A stretch of 64,000 bases of DNA, taken from positions 64,001 through 128,000 of the forward strand of contig JBNKCR010000055.1 in NCBI GenBank assembly GCA_050287845.1, in the 5' to 3' direction. Origin of the DNA: Polyangia bacterium. GTDB lineage: Bacteria > Myxococcota_A > Polyangia > JAAYKL01. The notes under the pieces were generated by a model, which saw nothing but the letters and a program-made list of their open reading frames with translations, was not told the DNA's origin and searched no databases. Both the position numbers and the translations under genes were made by a program. Below are positions 42,221 through 51,994 of this stretch, one piece after another; the stretch's first letter is position 1; the number at the start of each line of letters is the position of its first letter.

Positions 42221-43924
42221 ATGGAAATGAACAGCGCATGGATAGGGCTCGCATCATTTATATGGCTGGCAGGGGCCTATTTCGTATATGGGCGGTTCAT
42301 TGAAAACAAGCTGTTTCCGATAAACGACAGGACACCAACTCCCGCACACCGGAAACGGGACGGCGTGGATTTTGTACCGGCCAAACCCATTGTGCTCTTC
42401 GGCCATCACTTCGCGTCCATTGCCGGTGCAGGCCCAATCATCGGTCCCGCCATGGCCGTGGCGTATTTTGGCTGGGGTTTTTCTCTTATATGGATACTTT
42501 TGGGCGTAGTTCTTATCGGTGCCGTGCACGACTACACCACGCTGATGCTGTCACTCCGTCACGACGGCGCAACTGTCCCATTCATCACCGGAAGCGTCAT
42601 TGGCAAATCCGCCCGGACCCTGTTTATGGTGTTTGTGTGGATTACGTTGATTTTCATCATTGCGGTGTTCCTCATTGCAGCAAAGAAAACACTGATGAGT
42701 GATGCGCGTGTCGTCATCCCGGCATTCGGTATGATTCCACTGGCCATGGGTTTCGGGTGGCTGACCAATAAAGTCAGATTGCCATTGCTGCCCGCCACGC
42801 TCATTGCACTGGCCGGGCTCGTCGGGCTGTTTGGACTCGGAATGGAATACCCAATATTACTCCATCATCCGGGCGAAACCGCGATGGAATCTTTAAAGGA
42901 AACACATCCCCTGATACTTTTGACCCTCAGTGAGACTGCCGCATCAACCACATGGATTCTTATCCTGATGCTCTACGGTGCGGTGGCCGCCATACTGCCT
43001 GTATGGTTGCTGCTCCAACCGCGCGACTACATCGGTTATTGGATTCTGGCATTCGGAATGATTGCGGGCATTGTGGGACTGTTCATCGTTCACCAACCCA
43101 TCACCTCCCCCATGTTCATTACTGAAACCGGTGCACAGGGACCAGTGTGGCCCATGCTGTTCATTCTGGTGGCCTGTGGCGCCGTGTCCGGTTTTCACTC
43201 TCTGGTTTCTTCTGGCACCACATCCAAGCAGCTCGATAAAGAGAGCCATGGACGTCCGGTTGTTTTCGGCGCCATGATTACTGAAGGCGCGCTGGCGGTA
43301 CTGGCGCTCCTGGCGGTCGCAGCCGGCATCACGTGGACGGGGACCGATGCGTCTTTGGGACAGGTAACCACTCAGATTGCCGCCAATCCCATCGGCGCTT
43401 TTGCTCGCGGTTTTGCGGTCTTCACCGACGGCTTTCTGGGAAGATTCGGTTTTGTCTTTGGTGTGGTGATGATCAACGCATTTGTCCTCACCACGCTGGA
43501 TACATCGGTGCGGCTTGCACGCTTCATTACTGCGGAACTGACGGAGCCTCTATTGCCACTCCTGAAAAACCGATTCCTCTCCACACTCCTGGTTTGCGGC
43601 GCCGCACTGGCACTCGCTCTTACCGGCAACGTGGCTACACTATGGAAAATGTTCGGGGCATCCAATCAACTGGTGGCATCATTGGCGATGATTGTGGTTT
43701 CAGTATATCTGATGCGGGTAAATCGCCCAGTCGTTTACACTCTGGTTCCTGCCCTGTTCATGCTGGCCACCACCTGTGGCGCCCTCATCTGGCAGTTCAT
43801 CGGTTTTATGAGTACGGACACGACCCTTTCCATTACCGCTCTGGTTCTTCTGGGGCTGGCGCTGTATGTGGGCATCAGCGGCGTTCTGAAAATGATTCAG
43901 AGCCGAGTCACCACTGTAAAATAA
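42221..43924 (+). CDS. cstA: Carbon starvation protein A family transporter
   Basis: DGVDFVP, LFGHHFASIAGAGPIIGP, LLQPRDY, ACGAVSGFHSL and WKMFGASNQL. Confidence 0.93.
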   Translation: MEMNSAWIGLASFIWLAGAYFVYGRFIENKLFPINDRTPTPAHRKRDGVDFVPAKPIVLFGHHFASIAGAGPIIGPAMAVAYFGWGFSLIWILLGVVLIGAVHDYTTLMLSLRHDGATVPFITGSVIGKSARTLFMVFVWITLIFIIAVFLIAAKKTLMSDARVVIPAFGMIPLAMGFGWLTNKVRLPLLPATLIALAGLVGLFGLGMEYPILLHHPGETAMESLKETHPLILLTLSETAASTTWILILMLYGAVAAILPVWLLLQPRDYIGYWILAFGMIAGIVGLFIVHQPITSPMFITETGAQGPVWPMLFILVACGAVSGFHSLVSSGTTSKQLDKESHGRPVVFGAMITEGALAVLALLAVAAGITWTGTDASLGQVTTQIAANPIGAFARGFAVFTDGFLGRFGFVFGVVMINAFVLTTLDTSVRLARFITAELTEPLLPLLKNRFLSTLLVCGAALALALTGNVATLWKMFGASNQLVASLAMIVVSVYLMRVNRPVVYTLVPALFMLATTCGALIWQFIGFMSTDTTLSITALVLLGLALYVGISGVLKMIQSRVTTVK

Positions 43925-43960
43925 ATGCAATAGTTCCTGGGCTGGAAAACAATACTGACT

Positions 43961-44140
43961 AGAGCGGCGACCGGTTTGACTCCTTGCTGCAATCGCAGTA
44001 ATTCGGCATCTTTGCGCTTTCGTCCTCAGTCCCTCGGTCGATGTAGCTATGGCTACACCTCGGTCGGGCCTTGCGGGCGCGCAGCAAAGCTGCTCGTATT
44101 CCCGCGATTTCGCTGGCGGAACCAAACCGATCGCCGCTCT
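43961..44140. mobile_element. MITE/REP-like non-autonomous palindromic element, full copy
   Basis: 18-bp terminal inverted repeats with 17/18 match (AGAGCGGCGACCGGTTTG / CAAACCGATCGCCGCTCT); internal GTAGC-TATG-GCTAC hairpin; second copy at 47023-47140. Confidence 0.75.
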
Positions 44141-44390
44141 GGTACAAACAAAATGGTTGAGAGAGTGAGAGGTGACGGGATTTTCTGAAGTGCGGTGTGC
44201 TGGCGCATGGTTTTGTAAGGATGCGCTGCAACGACTGCAGAAAAAAGTACAGCTGGTATCGCAAACAGGCCGAAGAGTTGGGGATATGAACCATTTTTTT
44301 CGGTATCAGGAAATTTATCCTGGCGCCAAAACCAGCCATTCTGGCCAAATCGCCCGGCAATCGGGCGTTGACTTCCGCAGGAAAAGCCAT

Positions 44391-44891
44391 TCAGTTTTCA
44401 GGGGAGGCCGTCCAGGTGCCGCTGTGAATACCGTTGTGGCTCCAGGTCCCCGTCATCATTCCCGCGCTGTCAATTTCACCGGTGAACAGCACTGTCGCAT
44501 CGTAGTAGTAGGGTTGAAGCACCGCAAAACTGATGCTGTTTCCAGTGACCGCGACATTCGATACCACATCATCTGAAAACCCCGGATCCGTGCAGGATAA
44601 TGTGCCTTCATACCCGACGCCCGTCTCCACAAAAACAATAGTCATCGCAAAGGTACCGGTAGTGGAGAAGTGAGGTGGATCGCCGGTGATTGTCCCCGTC
44701 CAGTTGGCGGCGAGTTCGGGGGGCATCAACATGCCGGTATCGCTGTCCGTGTCCGCATCCGCGTCACTGTCCGCGTCCGCATCCGCGTCGCTGTCCATTG
44801 TGGCGCTATCTCCTTCCCCGCCTTCATCACAGGCCGCCATGCCCCACGCGAGAAGAAAAATCCATAAACTGACATTCAACAAATATTTCAT
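44391..44891 (-). CDS. Small lipoprotein with Asp-Ala/Ser/Thr linker
   Basis: Lipobox MAAC, DSDADADAD repeat, beta-rich domain (WTGTI...GTWS). Confidence 0.8.
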   Translation of the reverse strand: MKYLLNVSLWIFLLAWGMAACDEGGEGDSATMDSDADADADSDADADTDSDTGMLMPPELAANWTGTITGDPPHFSTTGTFAMTIVFVETGVGYEGTLSCTDPGFSDDVVSNVAVTGNSISFAVLQPYYYDATVLFTGEIDSAGMMTGTWSHNGIHSGTWTASPEN

Positions 44892-45762
44892 TTCAAGACA
44901 CCCTTCCAGTTGAAACGATTAAGTGACCCAAAGAATGTAAGCACGCCGGCCAGTCGATTCAACTTCGCTACCCACATGACCTTTGCGGTGAGCGATGTGG
45001 ACAGGAACGACATTTCGGCGAACTCCAACCACGGCAGCAAGATCATTGTTGTGCCCTTCGACGGCGAGCGGTTCGACGCCGATATGAGCGCCGACTGATT
45101 CAGCTCCGACCTTTATCGCATACGGTGCATTTTTTTTGTGAGAAATGCCGGGCGCGCCAGCACAAGTCATCCAGCGGGGAAGGAGGCGATGAAATCAGCC
45201 ACCAGATTCAGGTTGGCGCGTTCCAGTCTTCACGAACCACCGCCGTGATTCCGATACTGGGGATCGGCGTTGACCACCACCACAGATACGACGCTCTTGG
45301 TCACCGATCAAACCAGAATTTCATGTTTCTCCCCATCTGTTTCAATCGCGTCATTTGCCAGTCACAAAGCAACGGTTGTGCCAGCATCCCCGAGCATCAA
45401 TAACAGAGGGCAGTCGGAATACTGGGGAACCCCGGAGACCGCACTGCTGCAGGCGCCTCCGTGCCCCGATGGGCTGAGAAGCGCGTGCCGGTGACCGCCA
45501 TCAGATGAGAATGAACCCACGCCATGGTATACCAGAATGGTACAACACCTCAATGCGGCATATGGCGGTTTGGGGTACACCGGCGACGGGGCAGGGGATG
45601 GCAGCTGTATTCGGGTTGGTTTATACAAGTCGCCTGCATTGCATGGAGCTCAGGTATCTCAGACATCACGCCCCGGAACAAATCACGTGTTTCGGATTTT
45701 TGGCAACTGTCACTTTGTTCTGTATTTGAGCTGTTGGGTTTGAACGTAAAAAAAAACGCGGG

Positions 45763-46878
45763 TCAGTTGTAGTTGCAGTTTGCGTCCCAGTGCAGCATGG
45801 TGCCGCTGACTGTGGCGTACATTGTTGAAGTCGATGAGTGCGGAGTCCAGTTGGTTTTGTTTTCGGTTGTCCATTTGAGGGTTTTGTATATCAGTCGTGC
45901 GGAACCGCAGCTCAAGTCAATTTGGTCGTGATTCATTGCAGTCTGTTTCCAGAGGGCGCAGGTGTACCAGCTTGATGGACTGTTTCCGGCAGGGCTTCCG
46001 CCGCACATCGGGTATCCCTTCGTGCTGTCTCTTCGCTGGAAAGTGGAATTCACTCGAAGTTGTCCGCGGCTGATCCAGTATTTCCAGCGGGAGAACATGG
46101 CGAGATTGTAGTAGTCATTGTAGTCGTTCATGATGTCGTCATTGTACGCCTTGTTGCAGTCGAAATACACATGGTCGTACCACCGGTTGCATCGTCCCCG
46201 ATCTCCAGGGGCTACTGGCTCGTGGGGATCGATGAGTACCCAGCCCACCTTGTAGAAATTTTTAAAGTATCCGTTATGGCTGTCGTTGTAATTGTGATAC
46301 ATCAGTTCAAAGTTTTTGGCAGCGCCCAGACTTTTGCCGATAACCAGCAGGGTCAGCTGACTTTGTGGAATTCCCTCTGCTGCATAGGCGCTTACCAGCC
46401 TTCGGATTTCACTCTTTACGTCATCATAGTCGTTTCCGTGTTCCATGTAGCTGCCCTTCAACTCTTGTACAAATCCGCGTTGCAGCGCGTATCCATAAGC
46501 CGTGTTCCATAAATATCGGATATATCCGTTGTCCGCAAATCCGTCGCAAAGGACCACAACCAGTCGGCGGGCGGCGTCGGGAAAAAATGCTTTTTGAACT
46601 TGAAGAGAGGACGCTGCATCATTCGAATCCTCGCTCACCGATGCCACACTGGTCATTTCATCCAGCGGCAATATTCTGTTTCCGGGAAGGCTGTGATCTG
46701 TGGGTTCGGTATCTTGAGACTCGTCGGAAAGTTCGGGTAGCACCGGATCCCGGTCGGCAGAAAGCTGGCCATCGGTGGCGTCCTGTTCGGTTGTGAGTTC
46801 CGTGCTGTCGTCACATGCCACCAGCAGCAGAGGAATACACATGATGGGAATACACAAATTACGGATTGCCTGGGTCAT
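45763..46878 (-). CDS. Lipoprotein with probable alpha/beta-hydrolase domain
   Basis: AGGAG RBS, lipobox LVAC, nucleophile elbow VIGKSLG, LIDP and a candidate catalytic His in NHDQID. Confidence 0.65.
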   Translation of the reverse strand: MTQAIRNLCIPIMCIPLLLVACDDSTELTTEQDATDGQLSADRDPVLPELSDESQDTEPTDHSLPGNRILPLDEMTSVASVSEDSNDAASSLQVQKAFFPDAARRLVVVLCDGFADNGYIRYLWNTAYGYALQRGFVQELKGSYMEHGNDYDDVKSEIRRLVSAYAAEGIPQSQLTLLVIGKSLGAAKNFELMYHNYNDSHNGYFKNFYKVGWVLIDPHEPVAPGDRGRCNRWYDHVYFDCNKAYNDDIMNDYNDYYNLAMFSRWKYWISRGQLRVNSTFQRRDSTKGYPMCGGSPAGNSPSSWYTCALWKQTAMNHDQIDLSCGSARLIYKTLKWTTENKTNWTPHSSTSTMYATVSGTMLHWDANCNYN

Positions 46879-47022
46879 TTTAAACTCCTGTTCTTTTGTC
46901 ACCTGGAGAGCCTGTTTGGAATATGAAAAACAATTACTGTATGGAGCAAAAAAACAAAAGTCTATTCGTTCCTCTCCAGTGTTGTGATTCACCCTGTTGA
47001 AGCATTATTCAGCCAGGTTTAA

Positions 47023-47140
47023 TGCGCGCCCGCAAGGCCCGACGAGGTGTAGCCATCGCTACATCGACCGGGGGACTGAGGACGAAAGCTTAAAGATGCC
47101 GGGTTTCCGCGATTGCAGCAAGGATTTAATCCGGTCGCCG
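47023..47140. mobile_element. Truncated inverted copy of the 43961-44140 element
   Basis: Reverse-complement match, with substitutions, to about 43964-44083 (GCGCGCCCGCAAGGCCCGAC...GCGATTGCAGCAAGGA...CCGGTCGCCG). Confidence 0.75.
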
Positions 47141-48172
47141 ATCCAGCATCGCAGATTCATGAAAATAGTAGTATCGTCCGCAAGCAACTCTTCGAATAAA
47201 GTCAACATTTTTAGCGGCTTCCAGCATACATGTCACGATTTGAGGTTTGCTCATGAGATTGTAACATACATCACATATGCTTCCTGTTATATATCTGGAT
47301 GGCAGATGATTTTGCAGACCATTCTCTGTCGCAAGGTCTACAAAGATGCGCGGTCCCCACACTCTTAATGCATGAAGGATAACATTTTGTTCAGCTCGAC
47401 TGAGAATATTGCTGAGTGTATCGTTTTTCAACGAACCGAGATACAGGGGGTGATCATTTCCGAGACGAGTGATGGGACCAATGCACGCAAATACATCTCC
47501 TGACGGCGATATGATAGGCGCTGCGCTCAATGAGCACGCCAGTTGCGAGGGCTGAGAATTTGTGGCGTATTTTTCAATATCGACTTTATCGAGGGCCCTT
47601 CCTACTGGATACGTGATGCCCGTGAATATTACTTCTTCGGAGACGAAATTTTTCAGTTTATTCAATACTGATTTATATGCCGGGTCTTCAATGCTCTCAG
47701 TGAACATTCCTATATAATACGGAATGCCATGGTGCTCGGCGGCTTCGACGACATTGTTTACTCTTGAAATGGGAATAGCCTTCTGGTGATATGCGTCCGC
47801 GCTGATGGCCAGCGTTTTTAAAGCTGAAATCTTTTGAAGTGTTTCCTTTGCAACCTTTTTCGAATCTGCCCAAAATGCATTTGTAACGGCAGTGAGCCCC
47901 AGTTCATGGTTCTCACATATCGCAGAAACATCGATCAGTCGATTAATGTCAACGAAAGGCTCTCCGCCGGATAGAGCGATTGTTTTTACTTTTCCTTGAT
48001 CAAAGGCTGCGAGTTCCTTGATCCACCTGGATGCATCGTTCAGGTTTAGCGATTCTTTGCGATCGGGACCAGCTTGTACAACACAATGATTACACCTGAC
48101 TTGACATTGATAAGTAATAATGAGTCCGATGTTGCTCAGGAAGGTGGGATTATTAAATGATGGCCCAATCAC
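47126..48172 (-). CDS. Radical SAM protein with C-terminal SPASM/twitch-like region
   Basis: CQVRCNHC, SGGEPF, TNAFWA, AC...PSGDVFAC and ICDVC. Confidence 0.88.
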   Translation of the reverse strand: MIGPSFNNPTFLSNIGLIITYQCQVRCNHCVVQAGPDRKESLNLNDASRWIKELAAFDQGKVKTIALSGGEPFVDINRLIDVSAICENHELGLTAVTNAFWADSKKVAKETLQKISALKTLAISADAYHQKAIPISRVNNVVEAAEHHGIPYYIGMFTESIEDPAYKSVLNKLKNFVSEEVIFTGITYPVGRALDKVDIEKYATNSQPSQLACSLSAAPIISPSGDVFACIGPITRLGNDHPLYLGSLKNDTLSNILSRAEQNVILHALRVWGPRIFVDLATENGLQNHLPSRYITGSICDVCYNLMSKPQIVTCMLEAAKNVDFIRRVACGRYYYFHESAMLDRRPD

Positions 48173-48365
48173 TTCGGTTTCTTCGCATGATTCTTGCTGT
48201 TGGTGTTTCTTGCTAATTTGATTTCTCCGGTGTCAATCGGTCCGCGTTTTTGTCGATGCTGGACAGAACTCAAGGGGCAGTATCACTATTCTCTGGACAA
48301 TATTCGAGCATGTCCTCCGAAAACAAGCGAAGGGCATTCTCAAAATTGAATGGTTTCGATGCCAA

Positions 48366-48569
48366 TTATTGCAAGTGACTTTCGTGGATGAGTGCAACCT
48401 TAAACCCTTGTTTCTGCAATTTCTGGATTGCGCTGTCTTCGATTCTTAATTCGTCTAAAATAATTCCCCAGGGGAAGAGTTCCATTGATTTACGGCCAGA
48501 TGCAGAGAATTCTTTAAAAATATCAATTGGAATTTTTACCGTATTTAATTTTGTCTCTGGTTTTTTCAT
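48366..48569 (-). CDS. 67-aa small protein, candidate radical SAM substrate
   Basis: Strong AAAGGAG RBS; co-oriented and directly upstream of the radical SAM gene. Confidence 0.65.
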   Translation of the reverse strand: MKKPETKLNTVKIPIDIFKEFSASGRKSMELFPWGIILDELRIEDSAIQKLQKQGFKVALIHESHLQ

Positions 48570-49020
48570 TTTCTTACTCCTTTGTTAGTTGACGGCGTAT
48601 TTTATTGCTGAACATCACATTGGGTATAGCAGTGCTTCCGTTTATTGCTCCTTTTCTGAGAATGGGAGGGTTTCCATACAAATGTGATATTCCAGAAAAT
48701 TTAAAAGGAAAATTTAGCGCTGTCAAGTCCTAAAAAAAGAGCTCGCTGTCGTGAAAACGGCGAGAATAGCTGGCGGGAGAAGGTGTAAAAATGATGGATA
48801 CCCCAGAAAACAAATGGATTCAGGCGTAGCTGGGCCATCCCTTTCAAGGTGACTATTTTTCTTTTGTAACTGAACTATTTTGATATTGATGTAGGCGTGC
48901 TAAACATAAATGGTGTGAATATAGATTTTCTTAAAACGTATTCAATGGGGCTTGGATGTATTTCGTCGAAGACCGCAATGCATGATCCGATAGTTAATAT
49001 TTCAACAGGAGAAAACACGT

Positions 49021-51480
49021 ATGAATGCCAATGCTGTTCCCCGAAACCCTTATCTTACCGCGCCGTTGGTATTGTTGATGACGATGCTGATTTCTGTTTG
49101 CAGTGTGGCGCAAACAAAAAGGGTCACCCCTCGAATTGCTCCGAAAACCGTACGCGGCACCACCGAGGAAAATAAGCATGCCCAGACACCTGATAAACAG
49201 ATTCCCCAAAAGCTGACCTTTAAGGAAGTGAATCCGGATTTCTCGAAACTGAAAGACAAAGTGGTTCAGGTGAAACCGGGGCTGCAGATGCGCGTTGGGG
49301 ATTATGTGAAAGGGAGCAGTTTTAAGACTATCCCGAAGTTTCAGCGGTTTTTAACGAAGGATTTTGAGCGGCGTTATCTGAAGGCCGCGCCGGATTATCG
49401 CGAGGAAGTGGAGGCCAAAGGCGACCGACTCATCGTTCGGCGAACCCTGAAACTGAAAACCGACAATCCCTGTGCCATTCCGGACGGAGGCTCGAACGAT
49501 GTGTCGATTTGTTTTCGGAAAAATACGGCGAGAGGCCAGAAGGCGTCCAACAAGCTCACCCGGGATCTGGACGATATTCGCCAGAAGCTGCGCAGTGGAA
49601 AAAAGGCGCCTGGCAGATTTAAAAGTTCCATGGAGAAGAAGGTGCTGCAGCGCCTTGATGATGTCGTGGAGATGGACGATGAGGCGCTTATCGAATTTTT
49701 ACTCAACAACGCCGATGAGGAAAAGTCCATTGTTCATGAATCCGAAGTGCCCTTTGTAGCAGATGCGGAACTGCTTCCGACTGCTGTGGACAGCGCTGTT
49801 GTCGCGGGAAATGTTCCGGGACAACAGTCTGCTTCGGTGAATAATACCCGGCTGGAATTTGATAGGGTACAGGACTCCACCATGGATTTCATTGACGGCA
49901 CCACATGGACCAAAGGAATCGAAGACAGCTACGAGGTTACCTTTGCCGGGTCCACCTGGTTTACCGATCGCTATTATGCGCGTTTTTCCTACGAAGTTTT
50001 AATTGGGGTCGGCCTGAGATTTCCTGTTCGCGTGGATGCGCGTTCCACCATTTCTCACGTGCGGGATATAAATGGCGAGGTGTCCTATCCGGCCACATCC
50101 CTCTGCAGTGGCGTGACCCGTCAGTCGGCGGCCATTCATTGCGCCAGCAGAGCGGATTTGGTGTTCAAGGGGACTGGTGTTGATGGGGATGCCGCCTTCT
50201 ATCAATCGGCGGGAATGCCGGCGGATTTGATGTTTGATGCCAAAGAATTTGTGTTTGTGGTCACTGCCAATGCAAAGCTCTATGCGTCGATTCCCGGGCC
50301 CAATTTCAGTAAGAGCTTTGGAAAGAAGGTTGACTTCAGCCGGGATTTTACCACCCCCATTGGCAACAGTGCGGAGGCAACTCTGGCGGAAGTTACCCTG
50401 CGGGGAAAAAATGTGGGGCTGGCGCTGCAGGCCGGTGCGCTGGGCGTTTCTGGTTGGGCGGCGCTGAATCCCGGAATTCGGGTTACCGCCAGCGGAGGCC
50501 GTATAACGCTTCCGGTTTCGCCTTTTGAACAAACCGCAACGCTGCAGGGAAATACGAGCGTTCCGGTGTCGCGTCATAGCTGGTCTTCGCCGGTTGTGGT
50601 TTCGCGGCGCTTTGGAAACAATCCCACGGCCCCCTGGGGCGCGGTGGTCAACGCTCCCCAATACCAGACCGAGATTGTAGTAACGCCCACGCTGGGCGTG
50701 GAGATTGGGGTGGAGGTTGTATACTGGAGCTGGAACACGGTGTTCGGTCCTTACGACATCGATGTGCTGGCAGTGTCGCTGGGAGATTTCACTTTCTCCC
50801 ATCATCCGGGAACCGTGCAGGAATACCGTCAGTTTATTTCGGGATGTGAGCCCGGAGATCCCCAATGCGTGACGTCGTATCGGGAAGAACTTCCGCCGTC
50901 CAATATGGTTGCTGCGGTTGCCGCTCACCAGGCTGTTACCTCACAGCGCGGCGATGAGGGAGGGGTGATCACGGTATACGAAGGCAACTGGGGAAGCTGG
51001 TATCCAATGGACAAATGCCGGCGGGGAACCTATGCGCGCAACTTTGCGGTACGGCTTGAGGACAGTCGCGGCGACGGAGACGATACCGCCCTCAACAGCA
51101 TTGCCCTGTGGTGTACGGATCCCAACGGACAGAATGGCAACCTGGTGGTATCGCATCCTGGTCACTGGGGTGATTGGAAACCGTTTGCACACGAATGTGA
51201 CATCCAGGGCGATTTTATCCGGGAAGCGCAACTCAAGTACGAAGGAGCCAGAGGGGACGGAGACGACACCGCAGCCAATGGATTTCAGGTGAAGTGCAGC
51301 GATTCCATGACTCATCCGACGTATCAGGGCAAATGGGGAACATGGCAGCCCATGCGGGAATGTCCGGCCCACCAGGTGGTTTGCGGTATGCAGACCCGGG
51401 TGGAATCCAAACGGGGTGGCGGCGATGACACCTCTCTCAATGGCGTGAAACTGCAGTGCTGTAACTACGACGCAAACTGA
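49021..51480 (+). CDS. Secreted protein with C-terminal VOMI (vitelline membrane outer layer protein I) beta-prism domain
   Basis: Signal peptide; three repeats GxWGxW...C...GDDT(A/S)(L/A)N...C. Confidence 0.8.
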   Translation: MNANAVPRNPYLTAPLVLLMTMLISVCSVAQTKRVTPRIAPKTVRGTTEENKHAQTPDKQIPQKLTFKEVNPDFSKLKDKVVQVKPGLQMRVGDYVKGSSFKTIPKFQRFLTKDFERRYLKAAPDYREEVEAKGDRLIVRRTLKLKTDNPCAIPDGGSNDVSICFRKNTARGQKASNKLTRDLDDIRQKLRSGKKAPGRFKSSMEKKVLQRLDDVVEMDDEALIEFLLNNADEEKSIVHESEVPFVADAELLPTAVDSAVVAGNVPGQQSASVNNTRLEFDRVQDSTMDFIDGTTWTKGIEDSYEVTFAGSTWFTDRYYARFSYEVLIGVGLRFPVRVDARSTISHVRDINGEVSYPATSLCSGVTRQSAAIHCASRADLVFKGTGVDGDAAFYQSAGMPADLMFDAKEFVFVVTANAKLYASIPGPNFSKSFGKKVDFSRDFTTPIGNSAEATLAEVTLRGKNVGLALQAGALGVSGWAALNPGIRVTASGGRITLPVSPFEQTATLQGNTSVPVSRHSWSSPVVVSRRFGNNPTAPWGAVVNAPQYQTEIVVTPTLGVEIGVEVVYWSWNTVFGPYDIDVLAVSLGDFTFSHHPGTVQEYRQFISGCEPGDPQCVTSYREELPPSNMVAAVAAHQAVTSQRGDEGGVITVYEGNWGSWYPMDKCRRGTYARNFAVRLEDSRGDGDDTALNSIALWCTDPNGQNGNLVVSHPGHWGDWKPFAHECDIQGDFIREAQLKYEGARGDGDDTAANGFQVKCSDSMTHPTYQGKWGTWQPMRECPAHQVVCGMQTRVESKRGGGDDTSLNGVKLQCCNYDAN

Positions 51481-51510
51481 ATTTAAAAGATATAAACCCG
51501 GTGCCAATAC

Positions 51511-51582
51511 CCTGAACAAAATGACTGGGGGTCCTGAACAAAATGACTGGGAGTCATTTTATTGGGGTCATTTTATTGGGGG
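51511..51582. repeat. Compound direct and inverted repeat
   Basis: CCTGAACAAAATGACTGGG x2 (51511, 51533), then GTCATTTTATTGGG x2 (51553, 51567); the AAAATGAC/GTCATTTT cores are inverted. Confidence 0.8.
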
Positions 51583-51994
51583 TACAATAATTATCAATAG
51601 ATAAACTCCTACATTTCACTTCAGTAGATGCGAATATAGATCGCGCCGAAAAATGGCAATTATGCTGGATGGACGGTGGAAGCGAAATGGCTTTTTTTGG
51701 TGAAGGAATCCGCCCTCTTTTTTTAAACATGGTGCTCTATCAGATGTTCGGTCGACTTGTACTTGGAAGGGTGGTGATTTTGACATGAGGATGTGTTATT
51801 CGCCAGGCGTCTGGGGTTCACATTCTGTTTGCAGGTTTTTTTGTGCTGATGGCTTTCTCGATTGGATGTACTCAGGACACTGAGTCGTAAAATGCTGATG
51901 CAAATACATCCACCAACAGATGAAATTGATACCGCGGTGCAGGCAAATATTGTTGCCGCTGGATATGGGCAAAAATATTGAAAGGAGATTGGGA

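Noticed and set aside
43959..44390. 143-aa ORF sharing RCSHxYIDRGTEDES with ORF 46997-47368
   Set aside because: The similarity comes from the non-coding repeat element; neither ORF has a convincing RBS or a recognisable domain.
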